DNA of 64,000 nucleotides, taken from Spirochaetota bacterium (GTDB lineage: Bacteria; Spirochaetota; UBA4802; UBA5550). Position numbers and translations under genes: made by a program. Below the pieces are notes generated by a model, which was given only the letters and a program-made list of their open reading frames with translations, was not told the DNA's origin and ran no database searches. The stretch spans positions 1,632,001 to 1,696,000 of the forward strand of contig OY760686.1 in the NCBI GenBank assembly GCA_963663865.1, written 5' to 3'. Position 1 is the stretch's first letter; the number at the start of each line of letters is the position of its first letter. Shown here in pieces: positions 1 through 9,221 of this stretch.

Positions 1-1535
1 AGTAGAACTGAGGCCGCTGCAACCGGATAATTTGCCTTTTGAATATTTGAGTAAATCATGAAAGCCAGGGCCGTCAGCGTTGTAGCGAACATGAATACCA
101 TGGGAACGCGCACAAACAGGGTGCGTGATCCCTTTTTAGAAAGCCATACGGAAACAGCAAGAAGAGCTAATGCCGCGAGCAGCTGATTGGCTGCTCCGAA
201 TACAGGCCATATTCTTAAGCCTTCGCCGCTGAAGACAAGAAAGCCGGCCGCGATAATGCCCGCTGAGGTTGAAAGCATTCGGCCCGGCCTGAACCTGGAC
301 TGAACAGAGTTTTTGCTCTGGAAGAATTCCTGAAACGCGTAACGCGCGAGCCTTGTCGCTGTGTCAAGCGATGTGAGAGCAAAAGCGGATATGGCAAGCG
401 AGGCGAACATCTTTGATGCGGACTCATCAGCCCCGAGGCTTTTCATGAGAGAGCCGAATCCCGCCGCGAAAAGTTCAATAGGGTTGGCAGCAAGGGCCTT
501 ATAGTCTGAAGTGGCGAGCATTCCAGCTACAACAAGCGCTATAACAGCGAGCATCGATTCTATGAGCATGCCTCCAAAGCCGACGAATTTCGCGTCGCGT
601 TCATTTGAAAGCTGTTTCGAGGAAGTACCCGAGGAAACAAGCGAGTGAAATCCTGAAACCGCGCCGCAGGCTACAGTGACAAAGAGCATCGGGAACATTA
701 CCCCGACTTTATCCAGATTGAATGTAGCGGCAGCCGGCAGATTGATATCGGGCCTGACAACAAATATGCCCAGAAGCGACAGGCCTATGAGAGCATAGAG
801 AATGAATGAGTTAAGATAATCCCTCGGCTGCAGGAGCAGCCATACAGGCAGAATTGACGCGGTAAAAATGTATCCGAAAAGAATCCAGACCCACGTTGAG
901 GCCGGCAGTGATACCGGGAAAAGAAATCCTGCGTACAGCGCTCCGCACATGGCAATTACGCCGAGTACCGTTAGAAGAGGAAGAGGGAGCTTGAATCGAT
1001 AGAGCAGAAGCCCGAAAATTACAGCTGTACCGATAAAGATAATTGATGCCGTTGCCGCTTCGGGAGAAGATTCCAGCGTTCTTGAAACGATGATTGTGAA
1101 GACAGCTACCACCAGAACGAGTGTAGACCAGGAAAAAGCAAGGAAGAAGAATTTGCCTCTGCTGCCTATCTCTGATTCAATTATCCCACCGATAGAGCCG
1201 CCCCGGTTCCTTACCGATGCTGCCATTGAGCTGAAGTCGTGCACAGCTCCGATGAATATCCCTCCGATTATTATCCATAAAAGTACGGGAAGCCAGCCGT
1301 AACCTGCAGCCACTATCGGCCCTATTATTGGCGCTGCTCCGGCTATAGACGCGAAATGATGGCCGAGCAGAACCTCCTTTCTCGCGGGAACAAAGTCGAC
1401 GCCGTCGTAAAGCTCATGGGCTGGAGTTTTCCTGGAAGGGTCAATCCCCGTCCAAACTGCCACCCTGTTGCCGTAAAACCTGTAGGCGAGAAGGAAGAGA
1501 ACACCCGCACCAGCCACTACTATCAGTGAGTTCAT
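1..1535 (-). CDS. cstA: Carbon starvation protein A (CstA family transporter), 3' end outside window
   Basis: Manual minus-strand translation from ATG at 1535: MNSLIVVAG...DGVDFVP...LLGHHFASIAGAAPIIGP...GAVHDF...AFALTSLDTATRLARY...IWPVFGAANQLLAALAL. Absent from the ORF track because it runs off the edge. Confidence 0.93.
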   Translation of the reverse strand, partial: MNSLIVVAGAGVLFLLAYRFYGNRVAVWTGIDPSRKTPAHELYDGVDFVPARKEVLLGHHFASIAGAAPIIGPIVAAGYGWLPVLLWIIIGGIFIGAVHDFSSMAASVRNRGGSIGGIIESEIGSRGKFFFLAFSWSTLVLVVAVFTIIVSRTLESSPEAATASIIFIGTAVIFGLLLYRFKLPLPLLTVLGVIAMCGALYAGFLFPVSLPASTWVWILFGYIFTASILPVWLLLQPRDYLNSFILYALIGLSLLGIFVVRPDINLPAAATFNLDKVGVMFPMLFVTVACGAVSGFHSLVSSGTSSKQLSNERDAKFVGFGGMLIESMLAVIALVVAGMLATSDYKALAANPIELFAAGFGSLMKSLGADESASKMFASLAISAFALTSLDTATRLARYAFQEFFQSKNSVQSRFRPGRMLSTSAGIIAAGFLVFSGEGLRIWPVFGAANQLLAALALLAVSVWLSKKGSRTLFVRVPMVFMFATTLTALAFMIYSNIQKANYPVAAASVL

Positions 1536-1692
1536 CGCATTTATCCTGAAAAGAACATTGTTTATTCGTTTTGATAATCCTTTTACTGACATTTATGTCA
1601 AAGAAAAAAAGAATGATTCTGTTTCTAAGGAAGATTGAATTATTTCAATAAAAAAGTATAGAATTTAACATAAAATGCAATAAAACTTGACT

Positions 1693-1715
1693 TAAATGCA
1701 AATGATTTGCATTTA
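1693..1715. promoter_or_regulatory. Zur/Fur-family operator overlapping a sigma70-like promoter
   Basis: Perfect 11-1-11 inverted repeat TAAATGCAAAT-G-ATTTGCATTTA immediately after TTGACT (1687-1692), upstream of a Fur-family gene and znuABC. Confidence 0.8.
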
Positions 1716-1759
1716 GATATAAATAAAAAGTATTCCCATTCACGGCAGGAGGGAGGCAG

Positions 1760-2188
1760 GTGTCATCTAAAGGAAGATGTGTTCCAAGGACGGTTCTGAC
1801 AGAGGCGGGGCTTAAGGTGACCCGGCAGCGTATTGACGTTCTTGAGGCTATAGTCCGCTATAGAAAGGCTTTCAGCGTTTCGGATATAAAGCAGGCAATG
1901 ACCGGAGCTCCTGATACAGCAACCATCTACAGAAATATTATGCTCTTTCTTGAGAAAAATATTCTCCGGACGGCGTTGAGCTGCAATGGCACCAGCTTTT
2001 ACGAGCTTGACTGCAGCCATAATCCGAGGCATCCTCACTTTGTCTGTGAAATGTGCGGGCGGGTTTTCTGTCTAAAGCATATTGATGGTGTTGAGGAACA
2101 AAGCCTGCTCCCCGAAAGAGGTTTCAGGGTGACAGCCATGCAGCTTGAGTACCGGGGGCTGTGCCCCGCATGCAATTCAAAAAAATAA
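1760..2188 (+). CDS. zur: Fur-family regulator, probably Zur
   Basis: TRQR..L, ATIYRN, HPHFVCEMCG and CPAC motifs; heads a Zn ABC operon. Confidence 0.85.
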   Translation: MSSKGRCVPRTVLTEAGLKVTRQRIDVLEAIVRYRKAFSVSDIKQAMTGAPDTATIYRNIMLFLEKNILRTALSCNGTSFYELDCSHNPRHPHFVCEMCGRVFCLKHIDGVEEQSLLPERGFRVTAMQLEYRGLCPACNSKK

Positions 2189-2203
2189 AGATGGTGAACC
2201 TGG

Positions 2204-3139
2204 ATGAAAAGAAAAGCTGTTGTAATCCTTTTAATACTGATAGCAGCCGCCGGCTGTAAAAAGAACACTCAGACGGAGAAAGTTAAGGTCACGGTTACCA
2301 TTTTCCCGCTGCTTGATTTTGTGCGCGAGGTTGGCAGAGACAGGGTCGATGTTGATATGCTCGTCCCGCCGGGTGTTCAGCCTCACTCGTTCGAGCCCAG
2401 GCCCGCTGATATAATAAGGCTTGGTGAAAGCAGGCTGTTCGTCTTTATTGGAGAGGCGATGGAGCCATGGGCAGAGGACATTCTCAAGTCGATGGGGAAG
2501 GACGCGCCGGCAACTCTGAACGCGTCTGACGGTGTTAAGCTGATAAACAGGTCCGGGGATGATGGCCATGTCCATAAAGGCCGCTCTGATAAATCTCCAG
2601 CGCATTATGACCCGCATATCTGGCTCGATTTCAGCATTGACCAGGCAATAGTCAGGAGAATAGCCGAAATGCTCTCTGAGTCAGACCCGTCAAACGAAGC
2701 CTTCTACCGCGAGAATGCCAGAATCTACAGCGAAAGGCTTGAAAGGCTCGATGAGAGTTTCAAAAAAGCGCTTTCAACATGCCGGAACAGAACCATCCTT
2801 CACGGCGGTCATTTTGCCTTCAGATATCTCGCTGAAAGGTATAACCTGTCGTACATGTCTCCTTACAGAGGTTTCTCCTCAGAGGCTGAACCATCTCCCG
2901 GAGATCTGGCAGCGATTATTGATAGAGTCAGGGAAACCGGAGCCGAATACATCTTTTATGAAGAGCTGCTTGAGCCCAAACTCGCGAGAATTATAGCCTC
3001 GGAAACATCGGTAAAGCTGCTCAAGCTTCACGCTGCCCACAATGTTTCTCCTGAAGAGATGAAGGCCGGCGCCAGCTTTATCGGTTTGATGCAGGAGAAT
3101 CTGTCTGTCTTGAAAAAGGCCCTGGAGTGTAACGAATGA
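2204..3139 (+). CDS. znuA: Zn/Mn ABC transporter substrate-binding lipoprotein
   Basis: Lipobox AAGC, PHSFEP, His-containing loop, DPHIWL, H.AFRYL. Confidence 0.9.
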   Translation: MKRKAVVILLILIAAAGCKKNTQTEKVKVTVTIFPLLDFVREVGRDRVDVDMLVPPGVQPHSFEPRPADIIRLGESRLFVFIGEAMEPWAEDILKSMGKDAPATLNASDGVKLINRSGDDGHVHKGRSDKSPAHYDPHIWLDFSIDQAIVRRIAEMLSESDPSNEAFYRENARIYSERLERLDESFKKALSTCRNRTILHGGHFAFRYLAERYNLSYMSPYRGFSSEAEPSPGDLAAIIDRVRETGAEYIFYEELLEPKLARIIASETSVKLLKLHAAHNVSPEEMKAGASFIGLMQENLSVLKKALECNE

Positions 3140-3831
3140 TTATATCGGTTAAGAATTTGAGCGTCAGTTTCCAGGCAATGAAGGTCATTGACGGCATCTC
3201 ATTCGATATTGAAAGCGGAGACTTTGTTGCCCTTGCAGGTCCAAACGGCGCGGGAAAAACGACCCTTGTCAGGGCGCTTCTCGGGCTTCAGGAGAGCGAA
3301 TTTGATGAGCTTGCCGTCCGCTGTGAGAGGACAGGATATCTTCAGCAAAAAACATCGCTCTCTGACTACAAGTTTCCCGCTAATGTCAGGGAGATTATTC
3401 TTACGGGCCTGCTGTCAGAGAAGAGCTTCCCGCGTGTTTACAGCTCAGCGGACGGAAGAAGGGCTGATGAGGTAATTGAGATGATGGGGATTGGGGATAT
3501 CGCCACCAGGCTTATAGGAAAGCTTTCGGGAGGACAGCTGCAAAAGGTCCTTCTGGCACGCGCGCTCATTAACAAACCGCGATTGCTTTTTCTCGATGAA
3601 CCGACAACCGCTCTCGACCCTGTCAGCAGGGATAACTTTTATGATCTGGTTTCGCAGCTTAACAGGGATGGCATTACAATACTCTATGTGACCCACGATG
3701 TCGGGGCAATGCTTAAATATGCAGCCAGTGTCATGTATCTCGACAGAAAGATCCAGTTCTACGGAACGGCTTCCGGTTACAGGGAATTTGTCTCGTTAAA
3801 CGGCAATGTAAACGCCGCAGGGAGGCCGTGA
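3136..3831 (+). CDS. znuC: Metal ABC transporter ATP-binding protein
   Basis: GPNGAGKTT, LSGGQ, LFLDEP, VTHD. Confidence 0.9.
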   Translation: MIISVKNLSVSFQAMKVIDGISFDIESGDFVALAGPNGAGKTTLVRALLGLQESEFDELAVRCERTGYLQQKTSLSDYKFPANVREIILTGLLSEKSFPRVYSSADGRRADEVIEMMGIGDIATRLIGKLSGGQLQKVLLARALINKPRLLFLDEPTTALDPVSRDNFYDLVSQLNRDGITILYVTHDVGAMLKYAASVMYLDRKIQFYGTASGYREFVSLNGNVNAAGRP

Positions 3832-4661
3832 TGTACGATATCTTTGAAATCCTTTCCAGAGCGGCCGGTTACGGCTTCATGCAGAAGGCGCTTATTTGCG
3901 GGATATTTACAGCCATTTCGTCTTCGATACTGGGTGTGTTTCTTGTTCTGAGGCAGCTGTCCATGATTGGACACGGTCTTTCTCATGTCAGCTTCGCTAC
4001 GATAGCCTTTGCCCTTGTTCTGGGTGTGAATCCTCTCGCGCTGTCCATACCTCTTGTGATACTTGCTTCGCTGGTCATACTGTACCTGTCTGAGAAAGCC
4101 TATGTGTACACCGATTCGGCAATCGGGCTTATCGGATCTGTAAGCGTTGCCATAGGCGTCATTATTGTCAGCACAGGAAATGGCCTCAATGTAGATATCT
4201 ACAGCTACCTGTTCGGCAGCATACTGGCGATAAGCCCTTTTGAAACGGGGCTTTCGGTTTCACTTTCCGCGGCTGTTGTTGCCGCAGTGCTTCTTCTGAA
4301 GAACGAGTGGTTCTCCATATCCTTTGACCGGGAATACGCGAAATCATGCGGCATCAACATTTTCTTCAATGATGTAGTTTTTTACATATTGCAATCTGTG
4401 GTAATAGTAACCGGAGTCAAAATAATTGGCGCTCTGCTCATGTCGAGCCTCATAGTTTTTCCAGCCCTTGCCTCGCTTCAAATCGCTCACCGGTTCAGGA
4501 GCATGATTTTATTTTCGGCGCTAATATCGGTCATTTCAGTTGTATCAGGAATAGTGCTGGCATTCCTGATAAACGCCCCGGCGGGAGCTACAATCGTATG
4601 TATCAATGCCGCGTTCTTTTTCGCGGCCTTCCTGTTCAACAAAGTGATGAGGATAAAATAG
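3828..4661 (+). CDS. znuB: Metal ABC transporter permease (ABC-3)
   Basis: LGVFLVLRQLSMIGHGLSH, YLFGSIL, multiple TM segments. Confidence 0.9.
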   Translation: MMYDIFEILSRAAGYGFMQKALICGIFTAISSSILGVFLVLRQLSMIGHGLSHVSFATIAFALVLGVNPLALSIPLVILASLVILYLSEKAYVYTDSAIGLIGSVSVAIGVIIVSTGNGLNVDIYSYLFGSILAISPFETGLSVSLSAAVVAAVLLLKNEWFSISFDREYAKSCGINIFFNDVVFYILQSVVIVTGVKIIGALLMSSLIVFPALASLQIAHRFRSMILFSALISVISVVSGIVLAFLINAPAGATIVCINAAFFFAAFLFNKVMRIK

Positions 4662-5173
4662 TGAACTGTAATAGAACTGATTGTTTTAATCTTTCCGGGG
4701 ATGAAGCCGCAAGGAGCCGCGTTGCTCAAATGGTCAGGTTCAGGCTTGGAATTCCGAAGAGGGCTGAAGTCGAGGTACATTCGCATCTATGTGAAGGAAA
4801 TAACGTAACAGAGGTCAGGGTCACAGGCGGTAATGCCGGCTCAATACAATTTAACATCCCGTTGCAGGCTGAGGCGGTAACTGAGGACGATGTTGACGCG
4901 GCATGCGAGGCCTTTCTGGGCGGTGAGGGCAGTTCCCTGCCGGGGATTTACCGCAGGCTGATGCGGCTTGGCGGTTGGTGGGTGATTTTTGCCGGATCAT
5001 TGACTGTATTCAGCGTCTGTCCTGTATGCGGACAGGTCGGCTGTCCGGCAGGTGTCGGCCTTTACGCAGTTCTTTCGGTCATTCTCGCCTGCGCGAAGGA
5101 ATACTTAAAGGACTTTATGAGGGCCTTTTCTTCAGTTTTTCGGCGTGTCAGGAAAAGACTTGTTCTGAAGTGA
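4661..5173 (+). CDS. Hypothetical membrane protein with CPxCGxxGCP motif
   Basis: GTG at 4661 overlaps the znuB stop, in frame with track ORF 4598..5173; hydrophobic C-terminal hairpin containing CPVCGQVGCP. Confidence 0.6.
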   Translation: MNCNRTDCFNLSGDEAARSRVAQMVRFRLGIPKRAEVEVHSHLCEGNNVTEVRVTGGNAGSIQFNIPLQAEAVTEDDVDAACEAFLGGEGSSLPGIYRRLMRLGGWWVIFAGSLTVFSVCPVCGQVGCPAGVGLYAVLSVILACAKEYLKDFMRAFSSVFRRVRKRLVLK

Positions 5174-6055
5174 CTTTATAATCAGGAAAACCGTGCTGCT
5201 GCATGGAAGATGAAGGCCGTGTTTCGCGGCGGTTTTCAGTATCCTTCCGGTGATATTGTCAATCTCGGTTCGTCTGCCGGAGCGGAGGTCCTGAAGCATC
5301 GAACAGAGATTATTTGATGTGGCTTTGCAAACGGAGAGTGTTTTCTGCAGCATATCATCAGGACAGAGCATTATTTTTGCCGCTTCAGCCGCGCTGACTG
5401 ATTCCATTACCAGAGTTTCCATAAGCGGCATCGTGTGCGGATCTTCTGCGAGGAAACCGTTCGGGACATTGAGAATAGCAGCCACCGGGTTGATCGCGGA
5501 GTTTATAACGGCCTTTTCCCACAGGGCCGATTCAGGATTGTCTGATATATTGCTTTCTATACCAGCCTGATTGAGCAGAGAATTGATATTCATAACGGCG
5601 TCTTTATTGCTGCCTCCGACAAGGGTCGGGCCTCTGCCGCCGGCGGTAACTTCTCTCCTGCTTCTTCTGTATGCCCCGCAGGAGGTAACTCCAAATACCG
5701 TTCGTGATTTTCCAAAAACAGAGGAAAGAATCTCGTGGCTGTCCAGGCCGTTTTGCAGTGTGACAACGATGCTGTCGGGGGCTAACGCTCCGCATACTTC
5801 GCGGGCGGCGCTTCCGGTTGAATAGCTTTTTACGAAAAAGAAAATAATTTGGCAGTCCGAGAGGATTTCCGGATTGGTTGAGGCTGACGGTGTGAAGGAC
5901 TGCATTGCTGTCAGGTAATCAATTGTAACTCCCTGCAATATTTCTGCAATGCCTGATTGATTCGGGTTGTAGAATACTACATCGTTACCGGATTCAATAA
6001 ATCGTCCGCCAAAGAGCAGCGACATTGCACCCGTTCCAGCGAATCCGATTTTCAC
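5132..6055 (-). CDS. panE: 2-dehydropantoate 2-reductase
   Basis: GTGAMS Rossmann motif, VKSY, LQNG, WEK..IN..IN, SMLQD...TEID. Confidence 0.9.
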   Translation of the reverse strand: MKIGFAGTGAMSLLFGGRFIESGNDVVFYNPNQSGIAEILQGVTIDYLTAMQSFTPSASTNPEILSDCQIIFFFVKSYSTGSAAREVCGALAPDSIVVTLQNGLDSHEILSSVFGKSRTVFGVTSCGAYRRSRREVTAGGRGPTLVGGSNKDAVMNINSLLNQAGIESNISDNPESALWEKAVINSAINPVAAILNVPNGFLAEDPHTMPLMETLVMESVSAAEAAKIMLCPDDMLQKTLSVCKATSNNLCSMLQDLRSGRRTEIDNITGRILKTAAKHGLHLPCSSTVFLIIKSLQNKSFPDTPKN

Positions 6056-6457
6056 GATGATCCTCCATGTGCGAACCAGCCGATTGATAAGCCGTTTTTA
6101 TATTCCTGAATGACTTCACCCTCCTGATTTAATATCAAGTAATTAATTTCAATATATCAAAGCACAATTCCGGGAAACCTGCGGTATAAGGAGCACAATT
6201 AAGTGTAACAATTTAATTATAGTGTCAAATACGAAAGCTATATACTCTTTGCTGATTTTTAATGCAACTCTTTGAAAAAAAAGATGTCTTAACTAACGAC
6301 ACTTTCATAAAGGGTATGTATTGAACTTGACGTAATGCCAATGTCTCTGTAGGCCTTGACTTGAGATTGGTTAGCCAGTGTCGATAAGCTTTCGAGAAAA
6401 GAAGCCCTGTTTATGGGTATCTGGAAGCTGAAAAATTATTATTATGCCGGTAACAAA

Positions 6458-8245
6458 ATGAATAACAGACACCTTGCAGTAATGATTAGAGAGGTTGCGG
6501 CCCGATTTCCTGAGCGGATCGCCCTTCAGATTAGAAAAGACGGGAAGCTCATATCGACGTCGTATGCCGAGCTGATACAAAGAGTTAACGCGCTTGCTTT
6601 CGCCCTCGCTGGATTGGGGGTTAAGCAGGGAGCCAATGTCGGAATTTTTTCAGCAAACAGGCCTGAATGGGCAATTGCCGATTTTTCCATTCTCACGCTT
6701 AGAGCCGTGACTGTTCCAATATATGGGACTAATACAGGTAAACAGGCTGAGTATATTATCAACGATGCCTCTGTCAGCGTAATTTTTGCAGGAGATCAGG
6801 AACAGTATGACAAGGTTAAGTCGTACATGAATGATTTATCCCCCTTAAAAAAAATAATCGCTATGGACGACTCAATTCAACTGTCCGGTGAAGACTCGTT
6901 CTACATGAGTTCTCTTATAAGTCAGGGAATCGGGGCTGGTTCTGGTGAGGTTGTTGAGTCATTGACGGGAGCTGAAGCCGATGAGCTCTGTTCAATAATC
7001 TATACTTCCGGAACTACGGGTGACCCAAAAGGCGTAATGCTATCTCATAATAATTTCTACCACCAGATTGAATCAATTAACGCCAACTTCAACCTCAGTG
7101 AAAATGACAGGTCTCTGGCTTTTATTCCTTTGAGCCATGTTTATGAGAGGGCATGGTCATACGTTGTTTTTTCAAATGGAGCACAGAACAACTACTGCGA
7201 TGATCTCAAGAAGGTGCTTGAGGCGATGAAGGACGTGAAGCCGACGGCGATGGTGAGCGTTCCAAGGCTCTATGAAAAGATCTACGCGGCGGTGACGGAC
7301 AGGCTTGAAAGAGGAGGCCTTGCGAAGAGGACTATTTTTAAACTTGCTCTGTGGATAGGCAGGCGCTACAATTCCCGCCGGTTTAAAAACAGGTGGATTT
7401 CGCCATTTCTGAGATTCAGGTACTCTATAGCTGACAGCCTCATCCTTTCAAAAATCAGGGATGTGGTTGGCGGTGATAAAAACTTCTTTTCTGCCGGCGG
7501 GGCGCCTCTTTCACGCGATATCGAGGAGTTTTTCTTTTCAGCCGGACTTCTGATCTGTCAGGGATACGGCCTTTCGGAGACATCGCCGGTTCTTGCATGC
7601 AACACACCTTCAGCTTTCCGCTTCGGAACAGTGGGCAAGCCTCTTGACGGTGTAAGCCTCAGGGTGGACAGTGAAACGGGAGAGATACAGGCCAAGGGGC
7701 CCAATGTGATGTCGGGATACTATAAAAGGCCTGATGATACGAAAGAGGCTTTTACAGAGGATGGATGGTTCAGGACGGGTGATGTCGGACTTATTGACAG
7801 TGACGGCTTTGTAAAGATAACTGACCGGATTAAAGATATTATTATCACATCAGGGGGCAAGAATATTGCGCCTCTCAGAATCGAAACCATTGTGGGTGTT
7901 GATCACTATATTGAACAGATTTGCACAATAGGGGATAAGCGTAAGTTCGTAAGCGCACTTGTCGTCCCTAACTTTGCTGCGCTTGAGGAATACGCTGCAG
8001 AGCAGAAAATTGAATTTTCAACCCGCGAAGAGCTTGTAAAAAATGACAGAATCAGGGATTTCTTTAAAAACAGAATTGCGATGAACTCCGGCGATCTCTC
8101 CCAGTATGAAACCATAAAGCGTTTTACATTGCTTCCGAGGGAATTCACACAGGAATCCGGCGAGCTGACCCCCTCGCTCAAAATAAAGCGGCAGGAGATT
8201 ATGAAGAGGTTTGCCGGCATTATTGAAATGATGTACGCAGAGTAG
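6458..8245 (+). CDS. Long-chain fatty acid-CoA ligase (AMP-binding)
   Basis: YTSGTTGDPKG, QGYGLSET, GWFRTGD, DRIKD; ATG 6458 chosen over 6413. Confidence 0.9.
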   Translation: MNNRHLAVMIREVAARFPERIALQIRKDGKLISTSYAELIQRVNALAFALAGLGVKQGANVGIFSANRPEWAIADFSILTLRAVTVPIYGTNTGKQAEYIINDASVSVIFAGDQEQYDKVKSYMNDLSPLKKIIAMDDSIQLSGEDSFYMSSLISQGIGAGSGEVVESLTGAEADELCSIIYTSGTTGDPKGVMLSHNNFYHQIESINANFNLSENDRSLAFIPLSHVYERAWSYVVFSNGAQNNYCDDLKKVLEAMKDVKPTAMVSVPRLYEKIYAAVTDRLERGGLAKRTIFKLALWIGRRYNSRRFKNRWISPFLRFRYSIADSLILSKIRDVVGGDKNFFSAGGAPLSRDIEEFFFSAGLLICQGYGLSETSPVLACNTPSAFRFGTVGKPLDGVSLRVDSETGEIQAKGPNVMSGYYKRPDDTKEAFTEDGWFRTGDVGLIDSDGFVKITDRIKDIIITSGGKNIAPLRIETIVGVDHYIEQICTIGDKRKFVSALVVPNFAALEEYAAEQKIEFSTREELVKNDRIRDFFKNRIAMNSGDLSQYETIKRFTLLPREFTQESGELTPSLKIKRQEIMKRFAGIIEMMYAE

Positions 8246-8253
8246 ATAATTGT

Positions 8254-9111
8254 CTATGATGGAAGAGTCCCCGTGTCAAGGTTTTCTCCGGGGATAATCG
8301 CTTCCAGGTCTTTGAGCTCAATGCTGCCGATCTGGTAGCATTGAAGGGCCTTAATCCTCCTTACTGCCTCATCTTCAGCTTTTGTCAACAGCTGGCTGAA
8401 TGAGCAGACGGCAGATGTATCTGAATCGGGTTCCCTGTATTCAAAGGACTGCTCCAGCTTTATGATGCTTTCAGGGTTTTTCACATATCCATAGAAAAGG
8501 CCGAGCTCTGGCTTGCTGACCTTGAACAGCTTAGCGGCAAAGGCAGAGGGCTTGAAGGTGAACAGCCTGTTTAAAAAAAGCATTCTCCTCAGCGCCTTCA
8601 TCGTTGCTGCTTCATCAATGCCGTACAGGCAACTGATTGCCCTGAAAAGGTGATTGCTCCGAGCGGTCGCTTTTAGCTGTGATATTCTGTATGCCGGCTG
8701 AGGAATCTGCATGTCAAGGGCCGTTTCAAGAACCCTGTGTTTCAGCCTCGCGGCTTCCTTTTTTTTCTCATCAACATCATAGTAGTCCCCCGCGAGATAA
8801 TTAATAAGGGGATGCACCGTCATGTCAAGAACGCAGTGAGTTATGTAGCCGGCGCACAGGGCAAGTGCCGCTGTATCGGTTTCATTCGCGAGATAAAGAA
8901 TAATACGGTTTGTAGGGCTTCCGTCATGGCCGTGAAGAATGTCGGATATTCTTCCGGTTTTTGGATCCTGAAAATAAAAGAGAATGTCAGGCCCTATTGC
9001 CCCGAGAATATAGTCTCCGATGTTCTCATTTATGGAATTGAACAGAGCTGAATTGGCCAGCGAAGAGAGTGTGCTGAGTGCGAAGGAAATGTGTGTTTTT
9101 TCTTTTGGCAT
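8254..9111 (-). CDS. Zinc-dependent phospholipase C family protein
   Basis: N-terminal MPKEKTH, GAIGPD, GYITHCVLD..VHP, HRVLE. Confidence 0.75.
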   Translation of the reverse strand: MPKEKTHISFALSTLSSLANSALFNSINENIGDYILGAIGPDILFYFQDPKTGRISDILHGHDGSPTNRIILYLANETDTAALALCAGYITHCVLDMTVHPLINYLAGDYYDVDEKKKEAARLKHRVLETALDMQIPQPAYRISQLKATARSNHLFRAISCLYGIDEAATMKALRRMLFLNRLFTFKPSAFAAKLFKVSKPELGLFYGYVKNPESIIKLEQSFEYREPDSDTSAVCSFSQLLTKAEDEAVRRIKALQCYQIGSIELKDLEAIIPGENLDTGTLPS

Positions 9112-9178
9112 CCTTTTGTTCCTCAGAAGCAATGCCATACCAAAAGCCTTAAAGAGTCAAGTGAAATGAATACTCTGT

Positions 9179-9211
9179 AAAACCGGAGAAGCACGAACTT
9201 CTCCGGTTTTT
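9179..9211 (-). terminator. Intrinsic terminator after esterase gene
   Basis: AAAACCGGAGAAG-cacgaa-CTTCTCCGGTTTT perfect stem with A/T tails. Confidence 0.8.
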
Positions 9212-9221
9212 ATGCCAGGTT

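Noticed and set aside
6056-6230. Riboswitch or leader peptide upstream of panE
   Set aside because: Only a short direct repeat (AGCACAATT x2) was seen; no recognisable aptamer or properly spaced RBS-start pair
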